Assembly: GCA_003560595.1 (NCBI GenBank)
Contig: PWKY01000076.1
Span: 63 to 64,062, forward strand
Length of the DNA stretch: 64,000 nt
Direction: 5' to 3'
From: Thermoplasmata archaeon
GTDB lineage: Archaea > Thermoplasmatota > Thermoplasmata > Halarchaeoplasmatales > Halarchaeoplasmataceae
Part shown: one piece after another, positions 57,671 to 64,000 of the stretch
How positions within the stretch are numbered: position 1 is the stretch's first letter
How the letters are laid out: each line of letters opens with the position of its first letter
Notes under the pieces: generated by a model
The model's input: only the letters and a program-made list of their open reading frames with translations
The model's database searches: none
Told to the model about the DNA's origin: nothing
Program-made: the position numbers and the translations under genes

Positions 57671-58906
57671 TCATACCTCGATAGTTTCTCCTTCAACCGG
57701 TATGTAAACATCGTACTCTTTCAAATCTTTAGCCAACTCCTCACGATCATCTCCGTGCATCAACACTATTTTTTCAGGGTCACATCCGTTGGCGAAATCT
57801 AACAGTTCGGAATGGCCTGCGTGTGCGCTGAAGTCGTATTTCTTTACACTGCACTCCACGGGTACGGTGGCACCTCTGTCCTGTATCATACCGTTCTTTA
57901 GCAAACGGTCGCCGTTGGTACCCTCTACCTGATACCCGGTTAGGAATATACCCGTGTTCGGGTCCCTTCGCTTATCCATGATATAATCTAGAACCGGACC
58001 GCCTTCGAGCATCCCGCTGGTAGTAACAACAACTTCCGCTTCCTTTGCCCGGTTTCTAGTTTTATTGGACCGTACTGGGCTTGCGTTATTTACAGCCTTT
58101 TCAAGTGCTTTGCCTGACCTCAGGAAACCTTTGTGGTTGAGATAGATATGATTTACCGTACGACCCATGCCGTCGAACCAAACATCGTACCCACGATCGT
58201 TTAGGACCATGAGCAGTTCTTGAGTCCTACCCACGGCAAAGGACGGTACTATCGCCTGGCCGCCTCTGGAAAGTACGTCATCGATATCATCCAGGAATTC
58301 ATTCTCAGTCTCAGCCCTATCACCGTGTTCTTTGCCGCTGTAGGTTGCTTCTAATATGAGTGTATCACATCTAACCGGATGAGCACCCCATACCAATCTG
58401 CTGTTAGTGGTGTTTATATCACCTGTAAAAAGTACAGTTTCTTCGCCCCTTAACTCTGCCATCATCGACCCGGGTATATGTCCTGCGGAATGTACCTCTA
58501 TCTCCATACCCCCGATATCCCTCTTGGAATTGAATCCCATCAGGTCGAATGCGGCTTTCGTTCTCTTGATATCCCCTTTATCGAAATACTTGGGATATCC
58601 CTCGATACCTGCGATCTTAAGGCTGTCATAAAGCAGTAGCTCGACCACTTCAAGTGTTGGATGTGTAGCTAATACATTAACATCACAAGTCCTGACCAAA
58701 GAGGGTATCATCCCGCAGTGGTCTAGATGTGAGTGAGTTAAGAACGAAATATCTGCAAGCGGCGGCCTCATCGGATACTCTGGAGGGTCTGCTGGCAGCA
58801 TGCCGTGATCAAATATCAAAGTCGTGTTTTTGTATTCCATTACCATAGAGAGGGGGCCCACTTTGGAAACCCCTCCCAAGAAAGTTAGTTTCATATACTT
58901 TTTCAC
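57671..58906 (-). CDS. Beta-CASP ribonuclease of the MBL fold (aCPSF2 / archaeal RNase J-like)
   Basis: HSHLDHCG motif, beta-CASP motifs A–C, about 410 aa with no KH domains. Confidence 0.75.
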   Translation of the reverse strand: MKKYMKLTFLGGVSKVGPLSMVMEYKNTTLIFDHGMLPADPPEYPMRPPLADISFLTHSHLDHCGMIPSLVRTCDVNVLATHPTLEVVELLLYDSLKIAGIEGYPKYFDKGDIKRTKAAFDLMGFNSKRDIGGMEIEVHSAGHIPGSMMAELRGEETVLFTGDINTTNSRLVWGAHPVRCDTLILEATYSGKEHGDRAETENEFLDDIDDVLSRGGQAIVPSFAVGRTQELLMVLNDRGYDVWFDGMGRTVNHIYLNHKGFLRSGKALEKAVNNASPVRSNKTRNRAKEAEVVVTTSGMLEGGPVLDYIMDKRRDPNTGIFLTGYQVEGTNGDRLLKNGMIQDRGATVPVECSVKKYDFSAHAGHSELLDFANGCDPEKIVLMHGDDREELAKDLKEYDVYIPVEGETIEV

Positions 58907-58987
58907 CGTTTGTTTGTTTTACTTTAGGTTTAACATCAAGGGGGGGTATATATTGGTTTTGTGTGAAAATGCTGTTTTCATATGATT

Positions 58988-59752
58988 TCAAAACTCGGCT
59001 ATCGAGGCGATATTCTCTTCTTCCGGATCGAAGGAACCTTCCATCTTTATGCCGAGAACAAGGCCGTCTACAGGCGAAGGGACCGGTTTTTCGTTCAAGT
59101 AACCCAGTACTTCACCTTCCTTGATAACGGTTCCCGGTAACACATTCGGTCGATATGTTCCCGATTCTTCAACCGGGATCCATCTATACTTATTGAAAAA
59201 TCTTACTTTCTGTGAAGGGGCTCCTTGGATAAAACGTTTCATGGCGATCGTGATCATCTCTAATTCCGTTTTCAACCACTCGGCACCACCGGCTTCGATT
59301 ATCATGGATGGGACACCTATTTTCGATAGTTCCAAGAATAGCTGTTTATCCGTTCCACCGGTCTGTACCGCATAATCCAGGCCGACCCGTTCACATAGCT
59401 CGACGTTGTGATCCTTGTTAAGGTCAGTGAGCATGTATGGTATGCACCTTCCTCCGGTCCCGTAGGTGTGAATATATATGACCGCGTCGTATTTTTTGGC
59501 TTCGTTGAATATTTCATCCGCCAAACGCTGGGAAACCGTTCCGTCCGGATCTCCGGGAAACAGCCGGTTCAGGTCCTTTTCATCGATGGGGTTGGCCCGC
59601 ACTCGATGCTCTATGGCTTTTAGGTTAACTTCAGGGATCACTTTTACACCCTGGATACCCTTTCCCTCTATCCATCCCCTCAGCTCTCGGGCGATCATGA
59701 CACCTCCTATCTCGTCCCCATGGACACCTCCCAAGATCAATATCTTCTTCAT
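58988..59752 (-). CDS. Succinylglutamate desuccinylase/aspartoacylase-family zinc hydrolase
   Basis: N-terminal ILGGVHGDEIGGV zinc-ligand motif of the AstE/AspA family. Confidence 0.55.
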   Translation of the reverse strand: MKKILILGGVHGDEIGGVMIARELRGWIEGKGIQGVKVIPEVNLKAIEHRVRANPIDEKDLNRLFPGDPDGTVSQRLADEIFNEAKKYDAVIYIHTYGTGGRCIPYMLTDLNKDHNVELCERVGLDYAVQTGGTDKQLFLELSKIGVPSMIIEAGGAEWLKTELEMITIAMKRFIQGAPSQKVRFFNKYRWIPVEESGTYRPNVLPGTVIKEGEVLGYLNEKPVPSPVDGLVLGIKMEGSFDPEEENIASIAEF

Positions 59753-59799
59753 ATTACAAGAGTAGAGAGATAGGTACCTATAATTGTTACCTAAAAACC

Positions 59800-60459
59800 C
59801 TTATGTTTGAAAGTTGTACTAGACGCCACATATATTCGTATTCCGTGTGATACTAGAGGATATGATCACCAAGATCAATATCATAAGCGTAATTCAACTG
59901 ATGTGATCGATTACAGAGCGGAGTTACTGGGATCATGTTGTCACTATGGCCTGCGATCCCACCAAATCTATAGTTTCCCCTCACTTCACCTGTAGTGTAT
60001 GATAGTTCCTCTGTTCCATCCTACAAGTCCTCCGACGAGTTTACTACCCTCTACATATATCTCAGTTAGTCCCAGATCATTTATCACACTTTCTGTACCT
60101 ATATGACCAAAAAGCCCGACATACCATTCGTCGGGTCTGTTTATATAAAGCCCCTCTATGACGAAACCGTTGTCGTCTAAGCTACAGGTGAACGGTTCCT
60201 CGTCGGTAGCTACGGGTTCGAATCCCATACCATCGTTTCATCCGCTGGTTTCACTTGCATCGATATCATCTGCCAATGCATTGCTGACACTACGATCATT
60301 ATCCATGGCTTGAAGATCGTGAACATCATAGAGTGAATATGGATCGTTCTCGGTTCCGCTTCCTTCGGTAAAAGCAACTTCACCGCTATCTTGTGTGAGA
60401 TTCCCTGCGTTGGCGAAGGCAAATGCAAACACACTAACTAAAAGTAACATCACAACCAC
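59800..60459 (-). pseudogene. Decayed fragment of a secreted GLUG-repeat / beta-helix surface protein
   Basis: Signal peptide plus GSGTENDPYSLYDVHDLQAM N-terminal motif (ORF 60238..60459). In-frame TGA at 60238-60240, then GLUG-like repeats (GGLVGWNRGTI). The repeat continues only in a shifted frame after about 59986 (...YTGEVRGNYRFGGIAG...), then terminates. Confidence 0.55.
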
Positions 60460-60633
60460 GAGGCTCCTGGTCCCTTTTTTGTCCGTCTTTTACTCCCCCT
60501 AAATCATACTAACTAAACAAACAAGTGCTTGTTTTTCTCCGTATATCTTAATGGATGCGATTATATATTAAAGTTGTGCAAATATCCTAGATCGAGGATG
60601 ATGCCTTACAAATATCGATGTGAACGTTGATAA

Positions 60634-61488
60634 TTGTTCTCGTTGAAAAAGATCGAGAGCACTCGCCAACTATATAACCGTCCTGTTTGGTTTTACCTAA
60701 GTATGTTCAGTAAGATGGACCTTGCTCGCGAAGACATATCACAATACGACGTGGGTAAAAAGTTGAAATTGTCTCTGCATTCCATATCCCAAGGTAATAC
60801 CCTAGGTGAGCTTTGGTCCTACAACAAAGAGACTTTTTTCTTATGGGATAAGGGAAATGTGGTTTTATATATATTCGGAAAGAAGCTATCTATCGGATCC
60901 CTGGAAGACGTTCGAGTGTTCTTTGAAGACGTGATAGTAAAGGATGCAGTCCATGAAGGTTTCCAGTACTTTAAATTGGACGATGCTACCGGATCCATAC
61001 CTGTGAGTTCCATATTCGGCGATTTGGAAAGCCTGGATAGTCACTTCTACGGATACAACAAAGAAGATGTTACCGTTCCTGTTGGTTGTTTTGATATCGT
61101 GGACATAGACCAGGATCTTTTAAAGAAAACAGATATGTCCCATCTGGAACAAGTAAAAGACGAGATCGGATGGATGTGGCCTTCTCTTGATCGATTCTTT
61201 GAGAAAGGCTTCGGTAAAGCTGCCATTATCGATGACAAAATCGTATGCTGGTGTACCGCTGAATATGTCAGTGAAAACATGTGCGGCATAGGCATAGAAA
61301 CTTCCGAAGAACATAGAAAACAAGGTCTAGCAACTATAACAGCAGCTGAATTCATCCGCTACGCTTTGGATAAAGGCATACGCCCTCATTGGGAATGCCA
61401 TGCGAAGAATCAAGCTTCGGTACGGTTAGCGGAGAAACTAGGTTTCTCCAAGTTGGAATCTAAAACTGTCTATTTGGGAAGATTTTAA
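60634..61488 (+). CDS. Protein with C-terminal GNAT-like acetyltransferase domain
   Basis: The last 90 aa (CWCTAEY...GIGIETSEEHRKQGLATITAAEF...) resemble a GNAT acetyl-CoA site. N-terminal 190 aa are unknown. Confidence 0.45.
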   Translation: MFSLKKIESTRQLYNRPVWFYLSMFSKMDLAREDISQYDVGKKLKLSLHSISQGNTLGELWSYNKETFFLWDKGNVVLYIFGKKLSIGSLEDVRVFFEDVIVKDAVHEGFQYFKLDDATGSIPVSSIFGDLESLDSHFYGYNKEDVTVPVGCFDIVDIDQDLLKKTDMSHLEQVKDEIGWMWPSLDRFFEKGFGKAAIIDDKIVCWCTAEYVSENMCGIGIETSEEHRKQGLATITAAEFIRYALDKGIRPHWECHAKNQASVRLAEKLGFSKLESKTVYLGRF

Positions 61489-61669
61489 CTTTTTTTCATA
61501 CCTCCAACTAAATGCATAACCCAATTATGTTACTATACCCATGTATGTTAGCTTGTTTTAGGTTTCTACTTATTACCTATTCACGCTTGAAGCATACGCA
61601 AATGAGAACTCCAATATGAGTCGCGTAAAGGAACATAGATTGAGGAGGATAGGCGATATCCGTTGAACT

Positions 61670-63358
61670 TCATTCGTCAATATCAGGTGATCGTTGATGA
61701 ACGACCTCCGAGTGGTAATCTAGATATGCGTGACCGCAGTTTTTACAGTACGCTGAGTTGTCCCGCTCCACTTTTACTGCCCTCATGTTACATTTCCGGC
61801 ATATATTCATATTTGGCCCAAAGAAAGTAGGGGGAGGAGTTGGCGTGTTCTTTTTCTTGGTAATACAACCGATCAACGTGATGAGTCCACTGAGGAACAT
61901 CATCAACATGCCCTTTTCACGATAAGGATAGGGTGGAAGGCCTGCCGTTATAGGAAGATCGTAAAAATACAAGTATATACCTATGGCAAACAACAAAATA
62001 CCAGGAATGATAAAACGTGCATCAGCTGAACTTTTTATACTGTCATAGAACGGTTTCGATGAACCTATTTTACTAAAATATTTGTAGTGCTTTTTTATCT
62101 TATAGACCAACATCACTGCCCCAAAACCGAAGAAAAACATCAAGTAGATGGTTAAAATCAGTTGATCATAATCTTTCTCCTCCTCAAGTTGTATCCTTTC
62201 CCCAACACCGAAAGCATAAAGATACCTATCAGAAGAAGCAACATAAATCGTTCCATCTTCACCTATAGCCGGGGAGGACCAGATCCTTCCATTTGTTCTA
62301 AAAATCCATCTAGTAGTTCCATCGGAGTTGATAGCATAGATCTTACCGTCATTTGAGCCGACATACACAATACCATTAGAATCTATAGCCGGTGAGGACC
62401 ATCTTATTTCGGCACTAGTGGTATGACTCCATTTCAAAGTTCCATCCGGGTTGATCGCGTATACGTTATTATCATTAGACCCAACGTAAACTGTATCGTC
62501 GGGTCCTATCGCAGGGGAAGACCAAATACTATCTCCTGTAGTATAACTCCACTTCAAAGATCCATCAGGGTTAAACGCATAGATTTTATTGTCAAGAGAA
62601 GGGACATATATCGTTCCTTTTGAATCAACAACGGGTGAAGAAAAAAACCCCTTCCCTTCTAACGAATAGGTCCATTTTAAGGTGCCGTCAGGATTGAGTG
62701 CATGTATATCTCTAATTTCAGAAACCACATAGATTGTCCCATCCTGACCTATAGCTGGTGCCGCACTTACCATATAAATCGTTTCAAAACTCCATTTTAG
62801 AGTACCATCGGGATTTAATGCATACAAATTGAAGTCACCAGAGCCGAAGTAAATCGTACCATTATCACCTATCACCGGAGAAGATTCTACCCTCCAACCA
62901 GTTTCAAATCTCCATTTCTCCGTACCATCAGGGTTGATAGCGTAAAGATTACTATCCCACGAACCCACATATATGGTTCCGTTTTTATCGATCGCTGGAG
63001 TGGATCCTATATTATCATTTGCTTCGAAGCTCCATTTAACACCTCCTTCCGAATCGATTGCATACAGATGATTATGGCTCGTCCCTATGTAAATTGTGCC
63101 ATCCATACCAATGACTGGTGAAGATTTAAAGAAAAGTCCCAGTTCGGTTCTCCATCCACTCGTACCGTTCACATGACTGGTATCGTATGGACTCAACCCA
63201 GTCCTAGCGGCGTTGCCTCCGAAGCAGGGCCAAGGCGGATCTGCTATATGTGAGTCGTTGTTTTCCGTGAGTTCGTTTGCGGAAACGGTCAAAGGTGCTC
63301 CGACGAAGGAGATGAACAGTATAATCACCAAGACCATAACCCCTAGATTCCATTTCAT
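61670..63358 (-). CDS. Membrane protein: signal peptide, 8-bladed PQQ-like beta-propeller, 3-4 TM helices, C-terminal cytoplasmic zinc ribbon
   Basis: Repeats DGTIYVGS.D..LYAINPDGTLKW match those of ORF 22644..24356. C-terminal CRKCN...CKNCGH. Confidence 0.7.
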   Translation of the reverse strand: MKWNLGVMVLVIILFISFVGAPLTVSANELTENNDSHIADPPWPCFGGNAARTGLSPYDTSHVNGTSGWRTELGLFFKSSPVIGMDGTIYIGTSHNHLYAIDSEGGVKWSFEANDNIGSTPAIDKNGTIYVGSWDSNLYAINPDGTEKWRFETGWRVESSPVIGDNGTIYFGSGDFNLYALNPDGTLKWSFETIYMVSAAPAIGQDGTIYVVSEIRDIHALNPDGTLKWTYSLEGKGFFSSPVVDSKGTIYVPSLDNKIYAFNPDGSLKWSYTTGDSIWSSPAIGPDDTVYVGSNDNNVYAINPDGTLKWSHTTSAEIRWSSPAIDSNGIVYVGSNDGKIYAINSDGTTRWIFRTNGRIWSSPAIGEDGTIYVASSDRYLYAFGVGERIQLEEEKDYDQLILTIYLMFFFGFGAVMLVYKIKKHYKYFSKIGSSKPFYDSIKSSADARFIIPGILLFAIGIYLYFYDLPITAGLPPYPYREKGMLMMFLSGLITLIGCITKKKNTPTPPPTFFGPNMNICRKCNMRAVKVERDNSAYCKNCGHAYLDYHSEVVHQRSPDIDE

Positions 63359-63484
63359 CTTACCATCTCTTTGTTTTCCTGTATTATATCATGTGAAGTC
63401 GTTCTGCCCTGTATTCACGACTTCACTTTCTATCAGATGCTTTCTCCATATTATTATTATATCATTATTTTTAAAAGCTGTATA

Positions 63485-63691
63485 TCAATCGTTTTTATGT
63501 CTTTTTATCATTTTATCTACACATAATATATGAAGTATCACAACGCTAATGGTTCCACCCACCATCATTGATAGTGGAAAATGTAAATCTCGGTGGGATA
63601 TCGATGAGGCAATAAAAACACCTATATTCCAACCAAATATAAATATCGCAAGACCCTTTGTTCTTTTTGATATCTTCATATCACACCACAC
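63485..63691 (-). CDS. Small hydrophobic protein (68 aa, 2 TM)
   Basis: Two predicted TM helices. No known motif. Confidence 0.3.
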   Translation of the reverse strand: MWCDMKISKRTKGLAIFIFGWNIGVFIASSISHRDLHFPLSMMVGGTISVVILHILCVDKMIKRHKND

Positions 63692-63699
63692 CTCCTATA

Positions 63700-64000
63700 T
63701 TATCCACATATTCGGTTTTTCGTATACTCACATCCTCCATACATTATCATTCCGCAAATAACTGTTAGGAAAAGTCCCCCGATGCCATTAGTTATACCCG
63801 CCTTGACTGCAGCAGCCCAGCAAGCTGCAGCTGTACCACCTGCACATAGAAGTCCTACCTTGTGCTCACAACTCATTCCTTCAAAACCATCCACATCTTG
63901 ACCGCCATAAACTTCGCATAAATTTGTACAATGGTAAGTTGCGTCCCCGGGGGAATAGCCGTCATCAATGAAACGATGGTAACATTCTCCGAAAGTATTC
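63700..64000 (-). CDS. Cys/Gly-rich small membrane-associated protein; reading frame open to the window edge (5' end not in window)
   Basis: The frame stays open upstream of the annotated Met (…ECYHRFIDDGYSPGDATYHCTNLCEVYGGQDVDGFEGMSCEHKVGLLCAGGTAAACWAAAVKAGITNGIGG…). Confidence 0.3.
   Translation of the reverse strand, partial: NTFGECYHRFIDDGYSPGDATYHCTNLCEVYGGQDVDGFEGMSCEHKVGLLCAGGTAAACWAAAVKAGITNGIGGLFLTVICGMIMYGGCEYTKNRICG

Noticed and set aside
60238-60240. In-frame TGA in the GLUG-repeat gene as selenocysteine
   Set aside because: There is no redox-motif context and no obvious SECIS-like element. The same gene also has a frameshift and premature end, so pseudogenisation explains it.

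Overview
This 64 kb window reads as an archaeal chromosomal segment, about 40% GC, from a tightly packed core-genome region. TAG, TAA and TGA all act as stop codons; TAG ends at least 8 of the intact genes checked. Marker genes are archaeal throughout. The window contains tfb overlapping gar1; alba; Rio1 next to a KH/Dim2 protein; the rpo7–spt4–DUF359–S24e–S27ae cluster; the RFC small subunit; rad50–mre11; and a separate nurA–herA pair. No transposase or integrase, CRISPR array, rRNA, or recognisable phage or defence gene is visible. The one RNA gene found is a tRNA-Arg(CCG) on the minus strand carrying two noncanonical introns. Housekeeping enzymes present include IleRS, CysRS, PurP, PyrD, NadC, DHPS, methionine aminopeptidase, Sua5, a membrane H+-pyrophosphatase, and four tandem TldD/PmbA paralogues. 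I do not see a textbook novel system. The stretches the annotation does not explain are listed here. (1) A KaiC-like ATPase sits next to a coiled-coil protein with three zinc-ribbon modules and a TPR gene split by one in-frame TAG. (2) A wHTH regulator is transcribed divergently from nurA–herA and shares a repeated 'TAAAACTTT' cis-motif with the GNAT–NUDIX intergenic region. (3) Two paralogous membrane proteins each have an extracellular PQQ beta-propeller, a TM segment and a cytoplasmic zinc ribbon. (4) An uncharacterised 521-aa Cys-rich protein lies between rfcS and purP. (5) A decayed GLUG-repeat surface-protein pseudogene carries an in-frame TGA and a frameshift. (6) A leaderless Ile-rich mini-ORF lies in the 95-nt leader of ileS. 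(7) A 50-codon S27ae gene is missing from the ORF track. All coordinates come from the supplied ORF track or from hand-counting, so expect errors of 1-2 nt. No database search could be run.
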